This document shows, one piece after another, positions 1 to 11,266 of a stretch of DNA of 32,428 nt. The stretch spans positions 139,064,691 to 139,097,118 of the forward strand of contig NC_068983.1 in assembly GCF_001194135.2 (NCBI RefSeq), read 5' to 3'. Below the pieces are notes generated by a model, which searched no databases, had not been told where the DNA came from, and saw only the letters and a program-made list of their open reading frames with translations. The position numbers were made by a program, and so were the translations under genes. Origin of the DNA: Octopus bimaculoides. Taxonomy: Eukaryota. Position 1 is the first letter of the stretch, and each line of letters opens with the position of its first letter.

Positions 1-86
1 AGAAGAAGAAGAAGAAGAAGAAGAAGAAGAAGAAGAAGAAGAAGAAGAAGAAGAAGAAGAAGAAGAAGAAGAAGAAGAAGAAGAAG
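1..86. repeat. (GAA)n trinucleotide microsatellite, runs off the window start
   Basis: Uninterrupted AGA/GAA repeat from base 1 to ~86. Confidence 0.98.
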
Positions 87-267
87 AGAACGAATAAGAC
101 AAAGACGGGAGTGGTATGGCAGTAGTAGGTTGCTGGTGGAGTTCTCTTAAGTGAACGAAAAGTGACTTTTTATGGTTATAGTAGTAGTTATTAGAATTGT
201 TCTGAATTAATTCATGGGTAGTGACTTTTCTGAATATGTAATCTTTAATATTTGCGAGGGTATTATT

Positions 268-1094
268 CTAATGCCTTGTGTCATTTGTGGTGGAAATATT
301 CAAAAGGGGTTGATATTTTGCGATAAAATATGACTCTCTGCTAATGCGCTGATTACAGGTTGCATCATCTCTGAATTTATAGAAGATAAAAATTCTGAAG
401 TTAGGTAGTTTGTTAGTGACGTAAATGTCAATGTGTTTTACTGTATCCTCGAATTTTAATCTGGATCTATACATCATGAGCAATTTAATGCATATATTAG
501 GTTTCCAAAGTACATGTGAAGTTATTTTTCCCTGGAAAACCTTGACCCTTTTTGAAGAACTCCCATCCGTCAACTAGGTTGATGCATCTACTACAGTTAG
601 GTCTTACGCATTTTTTTACTGACGGCTTCAGTGTTGTTGCCGAGTGTACTTGGGCTTGTGTTAGGAGACTTTTCATAGTCTTGGGTTGTCTTTTGCTCTT
701 TACGATGCTGTGCGTTTCGAGGATTAAATTCATTCTGTGGTCCCTTTTTTAGTAGAGAAATGTTCTGGAGGATGGTGTCGAAGGCTCCATTGTTAAGGGG
801 ATTGTGTGTGATGTATGGTAGGGCTTTTGGTTGTAAATCCTTTTTTAGTTTGGGATGTCTGAGTTTGTGGGTGTTGAGTTGTAGGGAACGTTGAAAGCCT
901 ATATCATTTAGTGATGGTGGTTAGTTCCTGGTGACGCGTGTGACCTTTAGTTCATGTAGTAGTGTGTCCCTAGAGTTTGTATTAGAAACTATAGTACAAA
1001 TCCTTTTTGCCAGGTTGAAGGGGATATTCATTCTAGTGTGTCTGGGGTGGCATGAGCTGACGGTAGATATTGCTTGGAGTCCGTGGGCTTATAG
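268..1094 (-). mobile_element. 5'-truncated, frameshifted Penelope-like element (Neptune-like): RT thumb, Zn-finger linker and GIY-YIG endonuclease remnant
   Basis: Minus-strand translation across frameshifts gives YYKPTDSKQYL / SSCHPRHTRMNIPFNLAKRICTIVS..RDTLLHEL..RN*P (PLE RT C-terminus), then KSKRQPKTMKSLLT..KCVRPNCSRC..NNFTC (Cys-rich linker typical of Neptune PLEs), and ends ..QRISRESYFIAKYQPLLN (GIY-YIG C-terminal R..E..I....P.LN). The 5' break abuts a (TA)n tract at 1095. Confidence 0.85.
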
Positions 1095-2059
1095 TATATA
1101 TATATATATATATATATATATATNNNNNNNNNNNNNNNNNNNNNNNNNNNNNNNNNNNNNNNNNNNNNNNNNNNNNNNNNNNNNNNNNNNNNNNNNNNNN
1201 NNNNNNNNNNNNNNNNNNNNNNNNNNNNNNNNNNNNNNNNNNNNNNNNNNNNNNNNNNNNNNNNNNNNNNNNNNNNNNNNNNNNNNNNNNNNNNNNNNNN
1301 NNNNNNNNNNNNNNNNNNNNNNNNNNNNNNNNNNNNNNNNNNNNNNNNNNNNNNNNNNNNNNNNNNNNNNNNNNNNNNNNNNNNNNNNNNNNNNNNNNNN
1401 NNNNNNNNNNNNNNNNNNNNNNNNNNNNNNNNNNNNNNNNNNNNNNNNNNNNNNNNNNNNNNNNNNNNNNNNNNNNNNNNNNNNNNNNNNNNNNNNNNNN
1501 NNNNNNNNNNNNNNNNNNNNNNNNNNNNNNNNNNNNNNNNNNNNNNNNNNNNNNNNNNNNNNNNNNNNNNNNNNNNNNNNNNNNNNNNNNNNNNNNNNNN
1601 NNNNNNNNNNNNNNNNNNNNNNNNNNNNNNNNNNNNNNNNNNNNNNNNNNNNNNNNNNNNNNNNNNNNNNNNNNNNNNNNNNNNNNNNNNNNNNNNNNNN
1701 NNNNNNNNNNNNNNNNNNNNNNNNNNNNNNNNNNNNNNNNNNNNNNNNNNNNNNNNNNNNNNNNNNNNNNNNNNNNNNNNNNNNNNNNNNNNNNNNNNNN
1801 NNNNNNNNNNNNNNNNNNNNNNNNNNNNNNNNNNNNNNNNNNNNNNNNNNNNNNNNNNNNNNNNNNNNNNNNNNNNNNNNNNNNNNNNNNNNNNNNNNNN
1901 NNNNNNNNNNNNNNNNNNNNNNNNNNNNNNNNNNNNNNNNNNNNNNNNNNNNNNNNNNNNNNNNNNNNNNNNNNNNNNNNNNNNNNNNNNNNNNNNNNNN
2001 NNNNNNNNNNNNNNNNNNNNNNNNNNNNNNNNNNNNNNNNNNNNNNNNNNNNNNNNNNN

Positions 2060-2099
<40 letters not shown>

Positions 2100-2249
2100 T
2101 AACTTTTGTTGTTGGAATTCTCAATGAGGGTGTCGAGGAATGGAAGTTGTTCCTAGCTATATTCCATCGTAAATTAAATGTTTTTTTTTTTCAAGTCCGT
2201 TTATAAGTGCTTTCAATTCATTAAGACTCTCTATATTTTCATACCAAGG

Positions 2250-2815
2250 AATGAAGCAGTCATGCCAACATTCATCTTCCCACACGGGTTCAAACTCAAC
2301 ACAGAAGCCTATGTACAGTGTCTAGAGGAAGTAGTGATGCCCTAGGTCTAGATGGTGGCTACTAGAAGACCACATGTCTAGTAACAGGACTCTGCACAAT
2401 GTCACACAAGCACAGGAACCCAGTTATGGCTGTCAGACGAATTCTGCGACCGCATCAACCCTAATATCTGGATACTTAACTCCTCAGACTGCAACTCCCT
2501 TGATTATTATGTGTGGGACTTAGTTGAGCGAGAGACCAACAAAACTCTTTGTAACACCAAAGTTGAACTGAAGATAAGGATTATGGCTGCATACACCAAC
2601 TTAAACAAGGAGACTGTCCAGAAGCGCTGTAAGAGATTCCGAAGTCTTCTGGAGGCCGTGGTTGAAGCCAATGATATATTTTATTGAATAAATTTACTCT
2701 TTATTATTTCAAGATATTTTAATGTAATTTGAAGAAACATATCTGTTAAAATGAGATGCGAGTGTTATTTTCATTTTTGCGTAATTTAGGACGACAATTT
2801 ATTCACCACACACTG
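2250..2815 (+). mobile_element. Tc1/mariner DD37D (maT/Bmmar1-like) transposon, 3' remnant with decayed transposase and right end
   Basis: Frame from 2253 reads VMPTFIFPHGFKLNTEAYVQCLEEVVMP*..**QDSAQCHTS..WILNSSDCNSLDYYVWDLVERETNK..RFRSLLEAVVEAN..* (stop 2685-2687). There are 37 residues between the QD and LDY aspartates. The element ends ..CACACTG|TA at 2815, the Tc1/mariner CTG|TA junction. Several in-frame stops. Confidence 0.88.
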
Positions 2816-3502
2816 TATGTATATATATATATATATNNNNNNNNNNNNNNNNNNNNNNNNNNNNNNNNNNNNNNNNNNNNNNNNNNNNNNNNNNNNNNNN
2901 NNNNNNNNNNNNNNNNNNNNNNNNNNNNNNNNNNNNNNNNNNNNNNNNNNNNNNNNNNNNNNNNNNNNNNNNNNNNNNNNNNNNNNNNNNNNNNNNNNNN
3001 NNNNNNNNNNNNNNNNNNNNNNNNNNNNNNNNNNNNNNNNNNNNNNNNNNNNNNNNNNNNNNNNNNNNNNNNNNNNNNNNNNNNNNNNNNNNNNNNNNNN
3101 NNNNNNNNNNNNNNNNNNNNNNNNNNNNNNNNNNNNNNNNNNNNNNNNNNNNNNNNNNNNNNNNNNNNNNNNNNNNNNNNNNNNNNNNNNNNNNNNNNNN
3201 NNNNNNNNNNNNNNNNNNNNNNNNNNNNNNNNNNNNNNNNNNNNNNNNNNNNNNNNNNNNNNNNNNNNNNNNNNNNNNNNNNNNNNNNNNNNNNNNNNNN
3301 NNNNNNNNNNNNNNNNNNNNNNNNNNNNNNNNNNNNNNNNNNNNNNNNNNNNNNNNNNNNNNNNNNNNNNNNNNNNNNNNNNNNNNNNNNNNNNNNNNNN
3401 NNNNNNNNNNNNNNNNNNNNNNNNNNNNNNNNNNNNNNNNNNNNNNNNNNNNNNNNNNNNNNNNNNNNNNNNNNNNNNNNNNNNNNNNNNNNNNNNNNNN
3501 NN

Positions 3503-3542
<40 letters not shown>

Positions 3543-4174
3543 TGCCTGTGTGTTTATGAGTGTGTGTTTGTGTGTGTATTTCATTGAAGTGGTAACACCC
3601 AGAACTTATTAAATAATCTTATACATATATCAACCGATCGCTTTTATTGACTGCGTGCAAAGTTATTCTAATCAATATATTTCCAGACCTATTGAGAATT
3701 TGTTATATTTATTGAAAAAGAACGCAATCACCAAGGTGTAATTTACTCTAATCTAAGAATATCATTGTTACGTTTGAAATATACTTAATACATACATATT
3801 CAATATAATTCATGCATATTGAAGCTAGCAAATTCATGCATGCATATATTAACCGAATGGTCTCTATGATTTCTGATATATGGATATGCTCACGCAACAA
3901 ATTTCCTTCATTAGTATATATTGCGTATTAGTGCGCCTTCATAGATTATTCAGTGTAAGTATATCATTAAACTCTAAGCCTGGATTTTAACTACAGCTGA
4001 ACACAATTAGTTATTCGGTTTCTATTCACGATTAGAATTTATTTCACATTCATTACATATGTACATGTCACTTTAACTTTAAACAGACAATTTATGTTCA
4101 CTTCTGAAATACTCAAACTATCTTGCATAGACTCAACATACAAACACACCGACACGTACAAACTAAGAATATAC

Positions 4175-4262
4175 ATACATACATGCATACACACACATAT
4201 ACATACGTATGTATGTATGTATGTATGTATGTATGTATGTATGTATGAATGTATGTATGTAT
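4175..4262. repeat. (CATA)n/(GTAT)n tetranucleotide microsatellite
   Basis: Direct reading: ACAT repeats followed by a GTAT run. Confidence 0.9.
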
Positions 4263-4317
4263 GTGTATGAGTGCCGGCCTCTCTCTATATATTACATATA
4301 TATGTATATATATTAGC

Positions 4318-5112
4318 GGATCTTGTTCAAAACGGGGGCACCAGTATTTTCTTAACGAAACACTTTGAAACTTGGGACACTGGTAGAATGTGTCATATAA
4401 AACATCTTTTTCTCTTAGTCTTCTTAACAAAAAAAACGTACATCGCAAGTTATTTCGTGTTAAAGTTGTCGTATTTCTGTAATTTCAACCAATCACTGAC
4501 GTCTATTCAGCTGAATACAGTNNNNNNNNNNNNNNNNNNNNNNNNNNNNNNNNNNNNNNNNNNNNNNNNNNNNNNNNNNNNNNNNNNNNNNNNNNNNNNN
4601 NNNNNNNNNNNNNNNNNNNNNNNNNNNNNNNNNNNNNNNNNNNNNNNNNNNNNNNNNNNNNNNNNNNNNNNNNNNNNNNNNNNNNNNNNNNNNNNNNNNN
4701 NNNNNNNNNNNNNNNNNNNNNTAATCGTAATTTATACGCATATATTGTTTATATAATAAATTACGGTGTGCGTATCTATGTGGGTAACAATTTTAGAGTT
4801 CGGATTCTAGAGTTAGGGTTAGTTTTGGGGTTAGGGTTAACAGTCTAGTTAATCCGAAATGTCAGAACTAACGGGGATTAATGCGATATACACCGTTACA
4901 GCGCTAACTGTTTTCAACTGAATAGACGTCAGTGATTAGTAGAAATTATCGAAATAAGACAATTTTTTACATGAAATAAATTCGAATACAAACATTTGTT
5001 TGTGTTCTATAACACAAAATAGATAAGTATACGAAGTTTAAAAGTCTTTCGGTACCAAAAACATTGCATAAAACATAAATGAAAAACTGGTGCCCCCGTT
5101 TGAACAAGATCC
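4318..5112. mobile_element. Non-autonomous TIR element (MITE), Merlin-like, with 8-bp TSD
   Basis: Left end GGATCTTGTTCAAAACGGGGGCACCAG; right end CTGGTGCCCCCGTTTGAACAAGATCC. Perfect 8-bp TSD ATATTAGC at 4310-4317 and 5113-5120. A second inner inverted block of ~70 bp lies at 4450-4521 versus 4907-4979. GG..CC termini with 8-bp TSDs match the Merlin superfamily. A 220-N gap lies inside. Confidence 0.85.
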
Positions 5113-5732
5113 ATATTAGCAAACCTATATATATATATTTGCGCACACACAGTGTTGTATCTGAAGCTACATAAAGGAGTCAAAAACTTGGATCTTTGTG
5201 GCAAAGATTAATGTATTGAGTATGTTTTCTTCCGTTTGTAAAATAAAACTCATGCATATATTCATAAATTTATATGAAAAACAAAGAAATGCACATCTCA
5301 GAAACGAACATGTACACGCAGGAATTCACGCAGACAGAATTTCATCCATTAATACGTATATGATCTCAGGTTATGAAATGTGCTTTAGCCATTGGTGACT
5401 ACAAAGAAATATATCTATGGAAGAACACAGTTCCTTATTGTTACTGATCGTATAACCAAGTGAAAACCAATGTTATAAGTTCTGTAGGAAATCTGTTATT
5501 TCTTTAATGACACACGACATGGAAATTAGCGTTGAAATATACTAGAAACTTTTTTTTAACAGCAGGATACTTAAAACTATGTAGTACTTAAGAAGAGATC
5601 ACTTAAAAACAACTTCACTGAAAATTTTCTGTCAGCATGAATCACTACTGTACCACATGTTATGACATTCCTTTACTCTCTCATTTCATCTAATATATGG
5701 TAAAACTTTTTGTAGGTAAGGAATAACAATAA

Positions 5733-5842
5733 CAGTGCTCGTTCCTTATAGAATAGGTGGGAAGTGATATGACTTGTGCGTGGAGAAACTACCAAATCTA
5801 CACTAATAGATATTAGAAAATGCAAGACAGGAACGAGCACTG
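5733..5842. repeat. 110-bp segment bounded by perfect 14-bp inverted repeats (possible tiny MITE)
   Basis: CAGTGCTCGTTCCT (5733-5746) and AGGAACGAGCACTG (5829-5842). No clear TSD. Confidence 0.5.
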
Positions 5843-6569
5843 AGTTGTCTTCTCTTTTGCAAATGGAAATCTGTATAACTTAAATGAAAACATTACACAA
5901 TACACGATATTAATAAGGAGCAACCAAATCCCAGTAAAATGAATGAAATCTAACTAAATACTTCTATGTAGACAATGTACTGTATTACAACAGTACACAG
6001 AACTATTATGAAATACTTAGAACATAGTAAAGACAAAAATAAACACACACATCCTTGTCATATTTAAGACTATGGTCCACCTACTGCTATGGTAGGGATG
6101 AGCCCCAGGTGAAGTTCCTACTAATAGCAACCTTCTACAGAACCCTAAACAACAAACTCTTTCTTCATCCAGGTTAATTCGAAGCGGACCTAAGGTACAG
6201 GCTCTGATGAAACTGCACTGACAATATTGCAAGGTCACATATGCAACAATGTACAGTCACTGCAGTGGAAACAGGTGCAAGTCATGGTAATATGCTGTAA
6301 ATAACTGTGATATAAATGATTGATGTGCAAATCTTCATTCTCCTTATTATTGACGTTATTTTACACCGTGTGGGATATTTGAAGTCATGGATATGATACA
6401 TGGAACTAACCAACGAAAAAATTTACCAATATATAACTTATTGTAGGCAAGGGCATCGAATACGGATCGTTGTGTTACCCGGTATCTGGAACCGAACTAA
6501 GAGCAAACACGTTATCCGCCTGCATAATATATCCTTACAAACTCATTTAATGTATATAGTTTTATGTAC

Positions 6570-6610
<41 letters not shown>

Positions 6611-7210
6611 TAAATATGCATATAGTGAAAGTATGAAAAGTATTCGTATCTAGAGTGGCATGTATATATATGCATATATAAATATATGTGTGTTTGTATG
6701 TACGTGTGTGTGTGTATGTGTGTGTGTGTGTGTGTGTTTATGCATGTGATATAAACATATGTACATCTATGAAATTAAAGATACAAAGTTATGTTCAAAT
6801 AAAGAAAATGTTTTACTGAAAAATATCAGTTCATGTTTTCACGAGGTGAGCTTAACAAAGTTTAAAGTTCGTGTTTCAATGCAATGATTAGGTTGTGTTC
6901 GTAAGAGATAGAGAGAGGGGGAGAGAAGAGGTGACAAAATGAGTAGGCGAGAATACGAGGGATATCATATATATATATATATATATATATANNNNNNNNN
7001 NNNNNNNNNNNNNNNNNNNNNNNNNNNNNNNNNNNNNNNNNNNNNNNNNNNNNNNNNNNNNNNNNNNNNNNNNNNNNNNNNNNNNNNNNNNNNNNNNNNN
7101 NNNNNNNNNNNNNNNNNNNNNNNNNNNNNNNNNNNNNNNNNNNNNNNNNNNNNNNNNNNNNNNNNNNNNNNNNNNNNNNNNNNNNNNNNNNNNNNNNNNN
7201 NNNATATATA

Positions 7211-7326
7211 GTGAGGGAAAGAGAGATAAATAGATAGAAAGAGAGAGAAAGAGAAAGAGAAAGAGAGAGAGAGAGTGAGAGAGAGATAGAGAGAGAAAGA
7301 GAGAGATAGAGAGAGAGAGAGAGAGA
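7211..7326. repeat. Degenerate (GA)n microsatellite
   Basis: GA/GAAA-rich run. Confidence 0.9.
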
Positions 7327-7818
7327 ATGAGAGGCATAGTGTGTTGCATACCTACGTATATAAGTATAAGTGGCGAAATAAGAATAACATTTTTTTATAA
7401 GGATTCCAAACTTCACTATTTAACGAAACGTCCTTTACAACTATTAAGACACATAACTTAGCACACATACATAGTATATATATATCTATGTATGTATACA
7501 CATGTATTCATAAATATATATCATACTCGTATATACATATGCATATATACGTATAAGTATATGTGTGTTTGTGTACGTTTGTTTGCGTGTGCGTGTGTAT
7601 ATATACAGGTATGTATATGACTGTATGGTTGCAAAATTTTCAACTCTTTATTAGTAAGATGAAGTTTGCAGAAATATTTAGCAGTAATAGCTATCATGAA
7701 TAAAAACTGTTCTATTAAAATTGGGTGAAGTTTAGTAGGAGATACGGTCAAGAGGGGTTATTTCATTTTATTACTTTCTTCTAAATCTAAAGTATGTGGC
7801 GTATGATGTGTTTATATT

Positions 7819-7830
7819 TACACACACACG

Positions 7831-7895
<65 letters not shown>

Positions 7896-8298
7896 NNNNN
7901 NNNNNNNNNNNNNNNNNNNNNNNNNNNNNNNNNNNNNNNNNNNNNNNNNNNNNNNNNNNNNNNNNNNNNNNNNNNNNNNNNNNNNNNNNNNNNNNNNNNN
8001 NNNNNNNNNNNNNNNNNNNNNNNNNNNNNNNNNNNNNNNNNNNNNNNNNNNNNNNNNNNNNNNNNNNNNNNNNNNNNNNNNNNNNNNNNNNNNNNNNNNN
8101 NNNNNNNNNNNNNNNNNNNNNNNNNNNNNNNNNNNNNNNNNNNNNNNNNNNNNNNNNNNNNNNNNNNNNNNNNNNNNNNNNNNNNNNNNNNNNNNNNNNN
8201 NNNNNNNNNNNNNNNNNNNNNNNNNNNNNNNNNNNNNNNNNNNNNNNNNNNNNNNNNNNNNNNNNNNNNNNNNNNNNNNNNNNNNNNNNNNNNNNNNN

Positions 8299-8362
<64 letters not shown>
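7819..8362. repeat. (CA)n microsatellite spanning an assembly gap
   Basis: CA runs at ~7819-7895 and ~8300-8362 on either side of an N run. Confidence 0.9.
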
Positions 8363-8367
<5 letters not shown>

Positions 8368-8701
8368 TGCATGTAGACATACATACAGCTATACACAGAT
8401 ATACAATCACACATGCACATATATTCATGTACATACATACATACATACATACTCATTCATATACACATGTATGTGTATGCAAAAAGTGGATGTAGGAGAA
8501 TAAAGTAAATCAAAGATAAACATGAATAATTATAGGCTGGTCAGTTAGCGGTCGAAATGGGTGCCATAATGTACCGGGTATGTAGACGCATACATAGCGA
8601 CATATAATCACTCACCCATATAGTCACGCATATATATACACTTGTATATACATATGCATACATATATGCCTGCACAGACGCATATATATATATATAAAAT
8701 T

Positions 8702-10391
8702 TACCTTGTATAACAATGAAAAAAAAACCCGGAAGTGAGAAAAAACTTTTCTATGGGTATTTTGTGTGTAGATCATGAATATAACAGTCTTTTCTCTCTA
8801 TGACACTCCAGTTTCTCGTAAATTTCCATCTTACGTTAAACACACTGATAGTTCTGTAGAAATTGAGTGCAAACAAGACTGGGCCGAAACTGACAACTCT
8901 AAAAATTATGAACAGGTTTTAATGTAATTTTAATGTGGTGTTCGTAAGGTATTTATAAACCTAAGCTATGAAAATTATAAAAGTACACTCAATATTTTTA
9001 TAGTTAAATGGGTCCAAATCCATGATGTATCTGACAAGAACCACACCTCATCACCTAACCTCAACTCTATGATCTAGTTTGTGATTTAACACGTACTTAA
9101 AAATAAAGTGAAATCCTGGCTTCACGTCTGCAATAATGGAACTTGTTGGATGAAGATGCTTGAATTACAGTATTTAGAAAGCGTTCTGCAGACAGCAATT
9201 CTACACTTTTGAAGAAAACAACTTGATTTATTGTAATGATATCAGAGATCTATTCAATGTCATTGTTATTCATAGTTATTCATAGATGTTTCCCTTTACA
9301 GCATAAAAATTATTCTGTTTCACCTTGGGAGCACCATGTCTTCAGTTCCAATTGCTCATTCAATCATTCTAAGAGAGACATATGGGAACCTCGCTTTTAT
9401 TCTAGACAGCATAAGATATAAGGAGCATGAGTGGCTAATTTGTGCGGACTTGAAAATAATAGCCCTACTTACTGGGCTACAAATTGGATACTCTAAATTT
9501 ATGTGTTTCCTTTGCAAGTGGGACAGTAGGGCTAGGTCAGAATATTATGTACGCTCAGAATGGCCACCTCGGGAAACTATGATGCCTGGATGACATAATG
9601 TAAACCATGAGCCACTAGTTAAGAAGGAGAAAATCATTTTTCCACCATTGCATGTAAAACTAGGCCTAATGAAGCAACTTACCAAAGCACTGCAACATAA
9701 CAAGCGGTATTTCCAGTAACATAAGGCGATCTTCCTTAAAATAAGGATTAAAGAGGGCATATTTGCAGGCCCTCGGATTCGTCAACTTATAACGGATGGG
9801 GACTTCGAGGCGACAATGGATGAAACTGAACTAGCGGCCTGGTATGCATTCACAGATATATGCAAAGAAAGTACCAAGTGACCAAGTGAGATTCAAGAGC
9901 TACAAAGATATCGGATGCAATATGTAACTGAAGATACACTTTCTTCGTGCTCATCTGCAGATAATGCAGGAGATGTGAGTGATGAACGTGCAGAGAGGTT
10001 CCATCAAGATATACCGTCAATGGAAAACAGGTAAAAGGGAAAATAGAGCCCAGAAGTGCTGGGTGGCTCCTGCTGGAACCTGAAGCGTGACACACCTGAG
10101 ATATCTGACAAACGAAGTAGTAATTAATAAAATGTAGATTAATACATTATATAGTGCTAACAAACATGCCTATACATTCTACATTTATGAATCAATTACA
10201 ATGGACGTATTTAATCTGATATTCAGAGCGAAATAAAATTATGGTATCGTGGACATTTGGTATAAATCGCATAGTTGTTAAGTCGGTAATTTACAAGAAA
10301 ATGCGACGTGATGTGAAACTTTTGTTATTAAATTCCAATGGCACAATCACCTTTATAATATAATGCACATGAGATCTTTTTTTCTTGCATT

Positions 10392-10395
<4 letters not shown>
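8702..10395 (+). mobile_element. Decayed DNA transposon with Chapaev-type (CMC superfamily) transposase pseudogene at ~9040-10110
   Basis: Fragments HLIT*PQLYDLVCDL..SEILASRLQ*WNLL; SVPIAHS..ETYGNL..YKEHEWLICADLKIIALLTGLQIGYSKFMCFLCKWDSRAR; PLV..IIFPPLHVKLGLMKQLTKAL; EGIFAGPRIRQL; GCNM*LKIHFL..; GDVSDERAERFHQDI..ME.R. This motif string is what I recall for Chapaev/Chapaev3 transposases. The N-terminal Cys-rich domain is not seen. Element ends are approximate. Confidence 0.75.
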
Positions 10396-10427
<32 letters not shown>

Positions 10428-10921
10428 NNNNNNNNNNNNNNNNNNNNNNNNNNNNNNNNNNNNNNNNNNNNNNNNNNNNNNNNNNNNNNNNNNNNNNNNN
10501 NNNNNNNNNNNNNNNNNNNNNNNNNNNNNNNNNNNNNNNNNNNNNNNNNNNNNNNNNNNNNNNNNNNNNNNNNNNNNNNNNNNNNNNNNNNNNNNNNNNN
10601 NNNNNNNNNNNNNNNNNNNNNNNNNNNNNNNNNNNNNNNNNNNNNNNNNNNNNNNNNNNNNNNNNNNNNNNNNNNNNNNNNNNNNNNNNNNNNNNNNNNN
10701 NNNNNNNNNNNNNNNNNNNNNNNNNNNNNNNNNNNNNNNNNNNNNNNNNNNNNNNNNNNNNNNNNNNNNNNNNNNNNNNNNNNNNNNNNNNNNNNNNNNN
10801 NNNNNNNNNNNNNNNNNNNNNNNNNNNNNNNNNNNNNNNNNNNNNNNNNNNNNNNNNNNNNNNNNNNNNNNNNNNNNNNNNNNNNATATATATATATATA
10901 TATATATATAAATATATATAA

Positions 10922-11140
10922 GTTAAAAAAAACACAAAAAAACAATAACAAAAAAAACAACAAAGTGAGGACGTGATACGGATATTGTTATTGGGCGCTC
11001 GGAAAAGGAAAGAGAGAGAGTATGACGTTTCGGGCGTAGCCCTTCGTCGGAAAGATGGAAAGTTCGGAGAATGGAAAAACGGAGGAAGAGGAAAATGGTA
11101 CCAATGCCCACGAGGTTACATTGTGAAAGGACCGGAAATA
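10922..11140 (-). mobile_element. ~220-bp non-coding unit between (TA)n tracts carrying a hammerhead-like motif (probable solo PLE pseudo-LTR or retrozyme-like unit)
   Basis: Purine-rich segment bounded by TA tracts on both sides. The minus strand contains CCGACGA-A-GGGC-TAC-GCCC-GAAA-C-GTC. Confidence 0.55.
11021..11053 (-). ncRNA. Minimal type I hammerhead-ribozyme-like motif with variant core (CCGACGA)
   Basis: Core at 11050-11044, extra A, stem II GGGC/GCCC with a 3-nt loop, GAAA, palindromic ACGU stem III, GUC site. U4 is C and stem I pairs poorly. Confidence 0.5.
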
Positions 11141-11266
11141 TATATACATATATATATATATAATAAAGGGTAAAATCATAATGATATTACCAAGTTGGAC
11201 AGCGCGGAGATAAGAACCTTATAGGGGAATTTTACAAATATTATATTTATATACATAATTATAACC

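Noticed and set aside
931-3587. Long ORFs of 246-398 aa in the track (and similar ones at 6862-8503, 10291-12225, 15381-15986, 22103-24407)
   Set aside because: They are open only because they run through N gaps and YI/CV/HT dinucleotide repeats; there is no coding signal.
6069-6170. Slightly GC-richer segment with AG/GT boundaries (possible small exon)
   Set aside because: No frame gives a recognisable peptide; such splice-like motifs arise by chance.
6204-6225. CTGATGA hammerhead-like heptamer
   Set aside because: No stem II followed by GAAA.
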